Shown here piece after piece: positions 38,400-52,139 of a stretch of 64,000 nucleotides of DNA. Origin of the DNA: Octopus sinensis (Eukaryota); assembly GCF_006345805.1 (NCBI RefSeq), contig NC_043000.1, positions 26,412,001 to 26,476,000 of the forward strand, written 5' to 3'. Numbering within the stretch: the first letter of the stretch is position 1; every line of letters begins with the position of its first letter. A program made the translations under genes and the position numbers. A model generated the notes under the pieces. It searched no databases and had not been told where the DNA came from. It saw nothing but the letters and a program-made list of their open reading frames with translations.

Positions 38400-38760
38400 A
38401 TGGAAAGACATCGTAGATATAATCATTTTTTTTAACATTATAAAGAACATTTGAGTTTTACAATTTAAACAAGGCAAACTAAGGAACGACATTGAAGACA
38501 TAATTGACATTTTTAGCATTAACACGTTAGAGCGTTATGTTTTAAACTTGTTAAACTATGGAACGACATAGAAGACATAATCGATATTTTTAACAATGAA
38601 ACATGTTTGAATATTGCGTTTTAAACCAGCTTAACAATGGAACAACATCGAAGACATAATCGAAAATTTTAACATAATGAAACCTATTCGAGTACCACGC
38701 TTAAAAAAAGCTTAACCATGGTGGACGTAATCGAAATATTTAACATAACAAAACAATGTT
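38400..38760. repeat. Degenerate ~79-bp minisatellite, ~5 units
   Basis: ggaa.gacat.gaagacataat.ga.atttt starts at 38402, 38483, 38560 and 38639, with a partial unit at 38720. Confidence 0.8.
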
Positions 38761-39830
38761 ATGAATATTTTAAAATCTATGCATCAAAATAGAAATAAAT
38801 AAAATTTCCACGGATCCGTTTCGTTTATATTGATTTGTCTTCTTTGTGAGTGAGCATGTTTATTATAACAGTGAGGCTGTATGTGAGTATGTTCATTATA
38901 TTTGTGGCTTATAGTGTTCATTAAGTATATGTGTGTTCATAATAACGTCGAGGTTGTTGTGCTTACGTGCTTTCATCAAAACGGTGAAGTGTAGATATGT
39001 TGATAGTAATATCGAGGCTGTGTTGTGAAGTTGTGTATTCGATTAATTGAAATCGACAAATTCATTCGGGCAACGATGTAGCTGAAGTCGTTAAGGTGTC
39101 GAATAGAATGCTTTGTGGTGTATGTTCCGGCTCTATGCTCACTGAGTTCAAATCCCACTGAAGTTAACTTTACCTCTCATTATTTTTCTTCCGTGGTTGA
39201 TAATTAAGAGTAATAACCCAACGTAATAAATTGGTAGAATTTTGAAGATATCGGAAGAGATGCCTAGCGGCATTTGTTCCGGTTCTTTGTGTTCTGATGG
39301 CAACGAAATTGTTTCTTAGTTGTATCGGTCGCCATTTTTGCTTTGTTTTTGTCTTGGGTGACATTAATGACGATGAGAAGAGCTACCCGCATGCAAGGAC
39401 AACCGCTCGTTTTCTATAAAAACATTGTCCGGGCATGCACCTTTGATTGGGACGCTCTAAGTGCATATCGACGGTCTCACGGAAAATTCAGAGGTTCCAT
39501 TGGTGGATATTAAACACTGAGATCTTTAGCCCCAAATTAGTTCTGAGTGAGCAGGCCTGTAAACAAAGGTGCTCGAACTAACGACTATGCTATCTCTTCG
39601 CTCGGTTATAATATAATCTGGGATCCTTTTTTATTTTAAAGATGGTAGCTAGAGTGTTGTCTGAAGTATATTTGGCTGCAGTTTCTAGTACGACGAGCGA
39701 CCACGTTTGGAGATGAAAATGAAAGGAAAAGTTGAACCAAGCAAGATTTTCTACCGTTTCCAAAGGTCTACATACACACGTGCGCACATACATGCACACA
39801 CGTATACGTGCGCACTGAAAGAAATAGGCA

Positions 39831-39921
<91 letters not shown>

Positions 39922-40574
39922 CAGATGAACAAAACTGCGTGAGGAGTGAGAGTGGGAGGAACAAGAGTAGGAGAGGTGTGGTTGAGAGGAACGAAAGTAG
40001 GAGGAGCAGCGTTGGAAAGTGTGAGATTAAGAGGAACGAGAGTGGATGGAGCGAGATTAGAGAAGGGGGAACGAAGAATGAGAGGGGCGAGAGTAAGAGT
40101 GTTAGAAAACAAATAACAGTCCCTTCAAATGTTTCTTCACAATATTGATATACTTCAACAGTGTGTGGTTTTTGTAGTAACCTTGTAATGTTTCGGGCTT
40201 TGTGCCTAGAGTAGAAAAGAATATCAGGCATAACTACTTTCTCATTGCAGGTTTATACCTGCAAGATTTTGAGTGGGTTTTTCTGCGATGGACCCCAAGA
40301 TGTGGGTTGAGACTAGATTTTGTTGAAATTTTTTTTTTTTTTTTTGCAACAAATGAAAGAGACTGTTTTGTCACGAATTTCACCATCTGCTACTCGGCCC
40401 TAGTGCATTTGTTCAAAATCAATTTCCGATCAGGCAACAGACGAGTTATACTATTGAGCATAAAGGACAACAATGCTTGGTTGAGGTTGTATTGCATAAG
40501 CGCATCATGTGTTGGTCCCCTGATATGTCACGTTCCACACACACACACACACACACACCACACACACCACACAC

Positions 40575-40613
<39 letters not shown>

Positions 40614-41604
40614 GCGCACGAGTGAGTGAGCAAACGAAAGAAGGGCACTCAACAAATTTAATGGAGTTTGATGTATGGATAAAAACAGTTTGATTCAAAT
40701 TCGTTGGTGCTCTTGAGCGAATTTGAATCAAATTGTTTTGATCCATATATATATGGTAGTAAAAAGACATTAGCGTCTATTTCTAATTCAGTACATGGCG
40801 AGGTACATAGCTGACCACTTGTTATAATTATGTGCATAATTATAGAATAATTCATATATATATTATATATATGCATAACTGCGTGCATGTGTATATATAT
40901 GTATCTCCTTCTCCTGCTGAGAGATATACATATGTAGATATTCAATGCAACGCGTCTTTTGGTGAATCTAACCACACGAGGGAATAGGAATGTTGAGAGA
41001 ATTAATATAAGAACAAGAGAAGCCATTCGAGATCACATGGCATTGGCGAGAGCGTATAGTAGAGCTGCAGCAGCATCTGGACGTTAACAATACAATTTAA
41101 ATAAGGTAGGTTAGGTTTATGCATTATGTGATAAATTGCTCTTTGTAAATAAATGCCAAAATATATCTATAGTGAGATGGTGCATATAGCCATGTATGAG
41201 TATATGTATGCAGGAATGTACGCATGTGTGTATGCATACAAGTGTGTGAGAATAAAACTTGTGAGCAAAATAACAAAGAAATATACAAATGTAAAAAGAC
41301 TACTATATATATGTGTGTGTGTATGTGTGTGTGTGTGTGGCATATATATATACACAGACACAAGCGCTCGTGTGTGCGTGCGAATGTCTGTGGAACTCTG
41401 TTGACTACATCTGCTAAATCTGGTTGCTATTGGTTACTCCTCCAGACAAAAACAAGGCGACCAGGTGAAATTAAATGGTATCGTTTCATAGCAATAGCAA
41501 AATAAGTAAATAAATAAATGAGTGAATTAATTAATTAAAAACAAAACGGAAACATAAATTCGAAACAAACAAACAAACAAGATACTGAGCAAAAGTAATA
41601 GAAA

Positions 41605-42008
41605 TCTTTTCTTTTTTACTCTAGGCACAAGGCCCAAAATGGGGGGGGGGGGAGGCAGTCGATTAGATCGACGCCAGTACGCAACTGGTACTTAATTTAT
41701 CAACCTCCGAAAGGACCAAAAGCAAAGTCGACCTCTGCGGAATTCGAACTCAGAATGTGAAGACAGACGAAATACCTATTTCTTTACTACCCACAAGGGG
41801 TTAAACACAGAGAGGACAAACAAGGACTGACAAACGGATTAAGTCGATTATATCGACCCCAGTGCGTAACTGGTACCTATTTAATCAACCCCGAAAGGAT
41901 GAAAGGCAAAGTCGACCTCGGCGGAATTTGAACTCATAACGTAACGGCAGGCGAAACACCGCTAAGCATTTCATCCGGCGTGTTAACCTTTCTGCCAGCT
42001 CGCCGCCC
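41605..42008 (-). mobile_element. SINE family B, dimer
   Basis: Same two-unit, two-tail layout as 1104; tagaaatctt direct repeat on both sides. Confidence 0.9.
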
Positions 42009-43016
42009 TAAGATAGTAGAAATCTTAGCAAAGACATGCTTTAATTGTTGTCGTTTTCCCAATCGCTTTCCATAGTTATCTCCCCTCTCCCCCACTCATT
42101 GACATCACTCTTCTATACGAAAGATTACTCTAATTCATTCCATTGTTTCAGCTTTTTGCTGTGGAGAATAACATATCATCGTTGATACAATCAAGCAGTC
42201 TATGTGTCTGCTTGACCTACAAGAAACAGAAGTCTTGTATCGAATCAAATTACTCTTCTGTCTTAAAAAAAAAAAACGAAAACAACAAAACATACATTTG
42301 ATAATTTAGAAAAAGAAAAGCGCTATATATGACGCCATTTCAACCAAAAAAAGAAAAACAAAATGGCGAATGTTCATATCTGTTAATAGTTTTTCGACTG
42401 AGGTCTGATCAGGGAGGGTTGGCCTTGGACAAAAAAAAAACGAAGCAAATGGAATGGTAGGACACTCGTCAGAGCATCGGACGAAAAATCATGTGGAATT
42501 CGTTTCGGTTCTTTACCTTCTGACTTCGAAGGAAACTGCCCCGGCGTGCTTATGCTGTAAGACGGCTCGGCTCCCTCGCCACCCTCACTGCTGAAATTTT
42601 CGAAACGATTCTGAACGTAACGAACATAGTACAAATAAAGAGATGTATTTCCATAGAGTGGGAAATGACAGATGCGAGAGACGCTTGACGTTGGGAGTCA
42701 AAAGAACTCAGGTTGTCTCGAATAGCCTTTGGCAACTGTCCTTTCTACCACGGAACCTTAGTTGTTACAATTTTGTTGTTTGTTTCTGTTTTTCTCTCTT
42801 TTTTATATGTTCATTTTCCCGTATGCTTTTCCTTTTGTTTTGTACTCTCCCTCCTCCGTTTGAGCCCTAATAATTATTAATAATAATAACTATTATTATT
42901 ATTATTATATTAGTAGTAGTAGTAGTAGTAGTATTACCTGTATGTTGTATTACATCCTTTGTTATTATCTTCAATGAATTGGCCCTGACAGCCACTAAGA
43001 GAGTCACCACCATTAC

Positions 43017-43064
<48 letters not shown>

Positions 43065-43100
43065 TACTACTACTATTATTATTATTATTATTATTATTAT

Positions 43101-43657
43101 TGAGTGAGAGAGCAGTGCATGCCATCAAAGTGACACTGGGGTAAAATATACGAAGCCCAATATACCCATCATGACTACCCGTCTGATAAAGGTACACCAG
43201 GCACATGCATCAGAACCATATGTGCGCGACATGGTGATCTCATATCAAGATAAACAGCACATGACCTTGCAGGTGGGGCCCAGTTAGAATTTTCTTCTGG
43301 TTGAGTAGCCCATCCCGCTCAAACGGTCCCTGAATAAGGGTTGTTTAAGGATGTTGAAAGAACCACCCATGTTTCCAGAGGTGAACTATTCAAACCCCAA
43401 AGAATCCCTCTCAACACATGGCTATGATGCTCCCCCACTACTTCTGCACGTGATCAGAGATGCACATATCGTCAGCCACTAAGGGACATGCTCAACTGGT
43501 TAAGGTCAAACAACTGCAAAGCAAATCTGTGGTATTGAGCAGAATAGTTGCTGTAGCCATCTTTTTATACCAAGACAAAACATGTACATGATAACACTTC
43601 CAATCAGTTAAGATCAGAAGCCATGAGAGCCACTGCCTGGTACTGCATCAGGGCATT
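43101..43657 (-). mobile_element. ~550-bp non-autonomous element embedded in (TAT)n (copy 2)
   Basis: (TAT)n on both sides (43010-43100, 43658-43730); homologous to 10802-11325. Confidence 0.88.
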
Positions 43658-43928
43658 TATTATTATTATTAATTATTATTATTATTATATTATATTTTAT
43701 TACTATTATTATTATTATTATTATTATTTTGCCTTTTCTCTTAACGGAGTTGATAAAAGTACCAGTCAAGCACTGGTGCCGATATAATCGACTATCACCA
43801 TCCCATTAAAATTTTTGGCCTTGGGCCACAAAATTTTAAGCAATTATTATTTTTATTATCAGCGTGCAATAAATTCTACACCGTGAGGATTTCAGAAGTA
43901 GGGTAGGTTAGGACAGGGTGCAGCTTAC

Positions 43929-43950
43929 CGTTTTAAACAGAATCCTTCGC
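43929..43950 (-). CDS. Candidate 22-nt microexon (G CGA AGG ATT CTG TTT AAA ACG = x-RRILFKT)
   Basis: (CT)n polypyrimidine tract + CAG|G acceptor and ACG|GTAAGC donor. Open as phase 2 to 0, compatible with the 55-kb exon. Confidence 0.35.
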
Positions 43951-43952
43951 CT

Positions 43953-44036
<84 letters not shown>

Positions 44037-44506
44037 AGAGAGATGAGATGAGATGTCAACTGCTGTTGGTGGATAAAATAGTTTGTGATAATTATTTTGT
44101 TTGAATAATTTATGTTGTATTAGCGATGGTGTCTTCAGGTAAAGGATGGCGGTGATGATGACGCTGAAGATAATGTTGATGATGATGATGATGCTGATGA
44201 TGATGATGATGATGGCGATAATGAACGGAAGTGGGTGGGGTAGAAGATGCAAAGAACAGAAAAATAAGGCCTGAAAGAGAAATTATAGCTGTTGCACAAC
44301 AACAACAATAACTGCAGCAACGACAAGAACAGCAACAACACTACTACTACTACTACTGTTGCTGCTGCTACCACCACCGATCGCATTGGCAATAGTAAGA
44401 TGGGAAACCTTGAAAAGATTACACTGCAGCGGTTTCATCTTGACGAAGATTAACAATGCTTACACGTAAGCTGTGTGTGTATATACACATACATGGCATA
44501 TGCGTC

Positions 44507-44601
<95 letters not shown>

Positions 44602-44748
44602 CAGATACACATGCATCTATGTGATGTACCGTGTGTGTTGAATAATGGAACAGATTGCTCGTTTTACTTTGTTATAAGTGTATATATGTATATATATATA
44701 ATATATATATATTATATATATATATTATATATATATATATATATATAT

Positions 44749-44786
<38 letters not shown>

Positions 44787-45179
44787 ATATCAAAGAGTCT
44801 GCCTGATACTTTGTTTCACGTCTGTCAATATCTCTGCCCGTTTCTCTTCTATCAACTGATGGTTTATTTCCCTCCCTCCCTCGTTCCCCCACCCTCTCCC
44901 TCTCTCTCTCTAACTGCAGAACTATTTGCCTAAACTAATCCACCACCACCACCACCGCCTTGGTTTAACGCCACCATCTGATTTACTGTTACTTTTAGTA
45001 GAGCTCACTCCGTTGCAAAGAACTGGGCCAGGGTTAGGATTTAAAAATACTTTCTTCTCACCAACCTCTAATAATGGACTAGCTCCTTTCTATTTTCACC
45101 ACTAATCCACCCCCACTACTCATCCCTTAAAAAATCTGCCTGTCTAATTTTTTTTACGTCCGTCTATTTAGTCAGATAA

Positions 45180-45385
45180 TCTCATCGTTCCTAATCCCTG
45201 TTAGTCACTAAATATAACTTGCATGTAAGCCATGCCAGTTCCTAAATTCTTCTGTTCTGTTAATCTTCAATAATGCTTGAAACCTAATTTCCACAGCTTC
45301 AACAATTTCTCTAGTTACTACTTGATCCATGCTGGTTCGTGTATTGCCATAAATTTCTACATTTCTCTTCAACCTACTAATAGAT
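45180..45385 (-). mobile_element. Possible degraded L1/Tx1-like LINE 3' coding fragment
   Basis: RLKRNVEIYGNTRTSMDQVVTREIVEAVEIRFQALLKINRTEEFRNWHGL loosely resembles the Tx1 C-terminal RN..IF...I..R..F..W pattern. Confidence 0.3.
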
Positions 45386-45397
45386 GATAATCATCAT

Positions 45398-45677
45398 GAT
45401 CACCGTGACCGACCAGGCTATCAGAAGTTGCTACACATCACTGGTCACAATGCGCTTCGCATTGTTTTAGCCTTCAAATGACGCCGCGCCGCTGGAGAGT
45501 GAGAGAAAGTTGTTGCGAAAGAGTACAGCAAAGTTCGCCACCACCACTCTGCCGGAGCCTCGTGGAGCTTTAGGTGTTTTCGCTCAATAAACACTCTCAA
45601 CGCCCGATCTGAGAATCGAAACCGCGATCATACAACCGCGAGTCCGCTGCCCTAACCACTCGGCCATTGCGCCTCCA
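45398..45677 (-). mobile_element. tRNA-derived SINE, head type C
   Basis: Reverse complement of ggaggcgcaatggccgagtggttagggcagcggactcgcgg; same head as 54341. Confidence 0.88.
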
Positions 45678-46090
45678 CAGATGATAATATTAGAACATAA
45701 TTTCTATTTAGTGTTTCTCTGCAACACTACAAAAAGCTAGTCTCTCTATACTGGTAGATACATCATGCTGGCACCTAAATTTTTCAGAGCTTTCAATGGA
45801 AAAAAATGCCGCCTTTTGGTATCAACTTACCTGAAACCGCCATTGGTTCTACGATGCAAACTCTGTTTCCAAATGATCCTAAATGATCTCAGTGAAAACC
45901 TATCATCAAAAGTTCATGCTAATGTATGTCCCATACATAAACTAAATAACGGCAAAGTTATTTTTAACAAATTCATTTTCGAATTTAAATGAAACAATGA
46001 TTGAGTATTTCAGAAAAATATGGTAACACAACGGTTAATGGCGGAAAGTAACCAAAGAGGAAACAACTTCAATAACATAACAAAGTTACT

Positions 46091-46120
46091 TGTGTTTTAT
46101 TTTTCCACTCTAGGGTAAGT
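46091..46120 (+). other. Splice module resembling a 1-nt exon (G46114)
   Basis: tgtgttttatttttccactctAG|G|GTAAGT, with a yUnAy branch-like ttac at 46086-46089. Confidence 0.35.
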
Positions 46121-47849
46121 ATTTTGTACTTTTTGAGCTAACGTAACCTATACTAAGGTACAAGAAACTGGGTAGAAGGGAAGTTGTAATGAAACTGAAT
46201 AGATGGATTATTGTACAGAAGCTCCTGGTACGGTTTATACCTGTTCCTGTTTTATTTAATCTGTTTCTCGGTTTAACACCGCCATTGGATGGTCTTTAGC
46301 AGAAACCAGGTCCCAGTCTGAGTAAAATTCGAACTCGTGAATGTGATGTTTGCTTCAGCAACACCCATTATTAGTAATTTCTTTCTCCTTATTTCCATCG
46401 CTCTATGAGGCCCCGAAAAAGGTTATAGGTACTACTCTTTTTACTCTGATAATAAGAATGGTACCATTCAAATTTTACTGATAGAGTAAGGCATATGGTA
46501 TTTTGTGAAATAAATCATTATACACGAGTGTAAAACATTCTATGTCAGCTAAGGTGAATGGGCCTTTTCACTTTCTCATGCATAAGTAACAACATTCATA
46601 TAACATCTCTGTATGTGTGTATGTATGTAAGTATGTGTGTATGTATATGCGTGTGTATGTATGTCTGCATATGTATGTATATCTATATATAAATCTTTAT
46701 AAATGTACCTGTGGGTGTGTACATCAGATATTCGTATATGTGCATGAATATGTACCCTCTTTTGGTCATACATATATACACACGGTTATGTGTATATATC
46801 TATGGAATCTAGTTTGGTCTTAGGCGTGATAGCTAACAGAAACTAAAAGACACATGTTTGTATGCGGTGAACAGCATTAATTTGTGTTATTACATAAAAT
46901 ACGAAAAAAAACTGAAGTTCATTTCCTAATGTTGTAGAATTTAAGCATAAAGAAAGCCAAGTTATTAAAATGTCTTTATTAGTTACTACACACACTTCCA
47001 TGTTTCACAGACAGACAACTTTCAGGAAAATCGATATTAATAACGAATGAATATAATTTATGAATATTGAACTTTATAGTAAAGAAGCTAAATATTTCTT
47101 TGAAAGTTTCGTCAAACTTCTGATAGTATACAATGATCAGAGCTATAATAGTTCAATTTTCCTTCGTAACGGAAGCCTTGTGAATTATTTCTTTCGAAAC
47201 AAGATAGGTGCTATGTCAGCAACACATCCTCTTTTCCCATTAAAATTATTCAAATAAAAAATAGCAATATAGAAAGGAAAATAAATCCAGTCAGCAGAGT
47301 GGAACCTTTGTGTGATCCCTTGATTTACAAGAAATAGCAGATAAATTCTCCTCTATCTTACTCAACCATCATAAGGAACAAATGGATAAGTTCGAGGTTT
47401 GTTAATAGATGGGATGGTCGTTGCTAGAGCATTCGATTATGGTTGATTGGGGGAATAAACAGTAGCACTAACAAGCTCAGTAATTTCTGAGGCAATGGAG
47501 TTTGTTGATATCATTGAATCCAGTATTTCAATGGTACTTTATTTTATCAACCTTCCGAAAAATCAATGGAAGAAAATGGATTTTAGTGAGATCTAAACTC
47601 AGAAAGTAAAAAACAAAAATGAAAAAAAAAAGACTTGAAAGATTACCGCTAAATATATCTTCCGACTTTCTTGCGATTCTACTCGCTCATTGAAGCAACA
47701 ATATAACATGAGAAAAAAAATCTTTCACCGAACTATAAACACGCTAAATGATGGCGGAAATAACTGGTGTATCCCATGAGATGACGTAAGATGGCAGCCA
47801 TTAAAACGCCGTTATATACAATAGTACACACAGACACACCGAAAAACTT

Positions 47850-47886
47850 ATATATATATATATATATATATATGAAGGCCGTCGTA

Positions 47887-47954
<68 letters not shown>

Positions 47955-48081
47955 CATATAATATATATATAATAATATATATATATTATATATATAATAT
48001 ATATATAATATATATACCTACCTATCTATCTACCTACCTACCTGTCTGTCTGTCTATCTATCTCTATCTATCTATCTATCC

Positions 48082-48161
<80 letters not shown>

Positions 48162-48200
48162 ATCTATCTGTCTATCTATCTATCTATCTAATCTATCTAT
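47850..48200. repeat. (TA)n/(CTAT)n microsatellite
   Basis: Directly visible. Confidence 0.95.
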
Positions 48201-48995
48201 CTATGTGAGTGTGTCTGTGTATGTGTGTGCTTGCGTATTTATATGTATGAATATGAAATTAACTTAAAGACAACACACATATACATATAAATACTTTTAC
48301 ATACACCGCTTCATACTTAAGCACCTCACTTGCATATATAATGTTCTTTTAAAGAGCCTTATATAACTATAAAGTTATTCAAGTTGTTAATACAGCGAGT
48401 GTAAGGCAGAGTTTCACGCAAAGAAGACATCAAAATATCGGATCTGTAATAAATGTTGACACATATGAATAACCAATCTGTGTATGAATGAATTTAATCT
48501 ATTTTTGTCTCTATGTCTACTTAGCTATGTACCTAAATGTAGGTGTGCGTGTCGTTTATTAGATAAAAGACACGAACTTTCGATATATGAAACATGAAAT
48601 TGCATAGTTAAGGAAAAAAATACCGGATGCTTAAATTTTCCTTTTGGTTCGTAGTTGAGGAAATTATGCTTTCGTGGTGATATGTCCCAAGTTTTAGATT
48701 ACATATTTCCCATGCATTCTATGGTATGCCTTAGTTAATTAAGCTAAATTATTATTTAGTAATTACGGCCATTTTAATTAGCTGCTTTATTTTTGTGTAA
48801 TGGTTATTGTTTGTAATTATGTGGGAGAGTTTAGAATGTATATCATATGTGTTGCAGATTTTGGTGCATAATTAGGCATAATCGTTTCTCCAGGCTTAAA
48901 ATGACTCTCACTTGAATGCTTTCAGCAGAAACTAGCATGTGGTAATACAATAACGAGAAGAATAGAAAAATATTACTGCAAATCTTTTAGTACAA

Positions 48996-49385
48996 CTAGC
49001 AGTATCGCCCGGCGTTGCTCGGGTTTGTTTCGACCCTTTAGAAGTGGAATTTTTGAAAAGTAAAAATTTTGCATTATGTAGCTTGCTATTCTCTTTAAGT
49101 GAACATTTTTCTGGTTGAAATACACCGAAAAATGGCGACATAGCAGTCAAAAAATCGTAAAATATAGGGATTTTCATAGAAAAAAAGCACCTTTTTGATG
49201 CAAATAATTTTTGGTGTTAACATTGTCCAATTTGAATTTTTTCTTCTACAGACGGAAGAGAAAACCTTCCTCTATCATACTCTCAATTTTGGTTAACTTG
49301 CACCGCAGGGTCTCGGAGGAGATAGTGTTAGTTGAAGGCTACCAAACCTGCCATACACAGACAACTTCAGCTTTATATAAAGAGA
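48996..49385 (-). mobile_element. Non-autonomous Helitron (copy B)
   Basis: A|TC, hairpin and CTAG|T termini; near-identical to 37924-38316. Confidence 0.92.
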
Positions 49386-50137
49386 TTTACTATGTTACAA
49401 GCATTCCGAGCTGGTCTTCCGCCTGAGGATAGAGTTCCACAGCAGCAACTCCTAGTTTCGTTCCTGCTTTTCCCCACTACTTTTGGATCACAGGCACTAC
49501 TTTTCCCTAAACTGATTAAACCATTAAAAAAAGCGTTTAATGTATTTTTTTAAAATCACATTTTGTGAACGATATTTTCATTGTTTGTCATGTGATTTCA
49601 ACTGGCCAATCACTGGTTGAATATATTTCCCACGATGATAATTAGAAAGGGAGACTATTCAATGAAACAAAATTCCAACCGAGTTAAAGTTTTTTAAAAA
49701 TATTTTTGGAAAGCATAGGATTTTAGGTTTTCTCGCTAATGCGTTTGTATTTCGTTGATATAACATAACCGAAACATATACTCATGAATATACATAAATA
49801 TAGTATGTAGTTCGCACAGATTCTGTCTGGCAAAGTCCCATGCTTATAGTAGAAGAGAGTTACGTAAGATACGTTCTAGGTGGATCGACTTTAGAACCAT
49901 GTTGTGGAATAGCGAAACCATACAGCCATGTCTGCATCATTCTCAAGACATATTTGTATATTTAATAAATAAAGAAAAGAAAGAAACAATTAATCAAATA
50001 GGTGCAAGCAGGGCAGTGTGTTTAAGAAGCTCGCTTTGCAGCCACATGCAAGTGTCTTCCCTTATAGCCAGAGACCGACCTCAGTGCGCTGTGAACGAAT
50101 TTGGTAAACCGGAAACTGTATAGTAGCTCCCCCCCTC

Positions 50138-50197
<60 letters not shown>

Positions 50198-50469
50198 TAA
50201 TATAATATAATAATAATAATAATAATAATAATGCAAACAAAGGAAAAAAACAATCCCTTCAAAGGGATGTAAGACATCCGATTATCACTGGTACAATACC
50301 ACCGATAAAAGGGTATATCTACAATATACAAATATTAAATGGAATAGAGAAATATATAAGTCGAAACAAATTGTTAGCTTTATATGTTTTTATATTTTTT
50401 ATATTATATTATGATGTAAATAATTTTTAGCTAGTCAAATGTATTTCTGTTTCATTAATATTTGCATAT

Positions 50470-50517
<48 letters not shown>

Positions 50518-50529
50518 ATATTGGGTGGG

Positions 50530-50740
50530 GTGGGGTGGTTTTCGTTAGTCTGTGTCAACCCCTCACCACTTCATAACCGTTGGTGGGTTGTTTACGTCCC
50601 TATAACCTAGTGGTTCAACGAAAGGGATGTTAAAATAAGTACGAACATTAAAAATAAGAGGTAGATTTGTTCGACTAAAGTCTTTGAGATGATGCCCCAG
50701 CATGGCCACAGTTTAATGAGTTAAGTAAAAGATAAAAGAG
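50530..50740 (+). mobile_element. SINE family A, diverged 3' half
   Basis: gtttacgtccctataacctagtggttc...gccccagcatggccacagt...gtaaaagataaaaga. Confidence 0.8.
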
Positions 50741-50792
50741 AAACGCATACATGTATGCATGTAGGTATGTATGTATGTATGCATGCATGTAT

Positions 50793-51222
50793 ACTCTTTA
50801 CTCTTTTTACTCTTTTACTTGCTTCAGTCGTTTGACTGTGGCCATGCTGGAACACCGCCTTTAGTCGAACGAGCAAATCGACCCCAGGACTTATTCTTTG
50901 TAAGCCTAGTACTTATTCTATCGTTCTCTTTTGCCGAACCGCTAAGTTACTGGGACGTAAACACACCAACATCGGTTGTCAAGCGATGTTGGGGTGGGGG
51001 TGGGGGCAAACACAGACACACAAACATACACACAGACATACATATATATGTATACATATATACGACGGGCTTCTATCAGTTTCCGTCTACCAAATCCACT
51101 CACAAGGCTTTGGTCGGCCCGAGGCTATAGTAGAAGACATTTTCCCAAGGTGCCACGTAGTGGGACTGACCCCGTAACCATGTGGTTCATAAGCAAGCTA
51201 CTTACCACACAGCCACTCCTGC
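50793..51222 (-). mobile_element. SINE family A, full length
   Basis: Tail (CTCTTTTA)n through head ttaccacacagccactcc. Confidence 0.92.
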
Positions 51223-52072
51223 GCCTATGTATGAAACAATCTCACAGAAAACAGATTATGTGCAAGTAAGACTCATAGACGAGTACATAAGGCATCCACA
51301 ATACAGATTAAACGTAGTGAATTAGCTACAATACGTTGCGATGTGATCTGTGCAACGCACAGAATATTTTTCTACTCCATTTACTTGGAAACCGAGCGAA
51401 TAAGTATAAAAGAAACAAATCGATTCGATTGGAAATTGACAAATAGTTTAGAAAATACGGTGCAGATACATAATCCTGTCAAAAGAAAGAATAAATCGTA
51501 TGCATTAAGAGGAAACGACCCGTTAAAAATCACCGCACTTTTCAAAAGGAAAACTATATACCGCTGTGTAAATTAAATCGCCTTCATAAAGATGCAACAA
51601 TTTTATTAGAATAAGACATGTTATGATGTTGGCAAATGTCGCACGGGTATACAGTGTTATATGTAGAGTTTGACCTTTTCTTTTAATGTTTAGTTTTATT
51701 AATATTAGTTGATGTAGTTGTTGTGCATTTGAATTAATGTTACTTGTATGTTATAAGAAACAAGATTCTTTGTCCAAGCATAAGCTAAATTATTTATAGA
51801 AAATCTGTAGTTGATTATAATAGACAATAGTTGTTCGCTTCTAATCTGACTCTGGTGTAACCTGACTGAAAAGCATTGACGTCTATCGCAACTTGTACAC
51901 ACAGGAAGATTTTTTTGGTCTTTTCTGTTAGTCTGTTCTTTATATAGTTCGTGATGTGTTCGTTAAGGGGGCACTGTTTGTGTTCGAGAAACTGAAGATG
52001 TTTAGAAGTTAGAGAAGGAGACACAGAAAGACAGATAGATAAATAGATAGATAGATATAGATAGATAGATAG

Positions 52073-52113
<41 letters not shown>

Positions 52114-52139
52114 TAGATGATTTCGCCATGATTGATCGC

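Noticed and set aside
38400-38760. Repeat-spacer-like periodicity (CRISPR?)
   Set aside because: Whole units, including the would-be spacers, are similar; eukaryotic context and no cas genes. It is a minisatellite.
39590-40693. 213-aa and 163-aa ORFs
   Set aside because: Run through (GA)n/(CA)n tracts and SINE tails; no splice or homology support.
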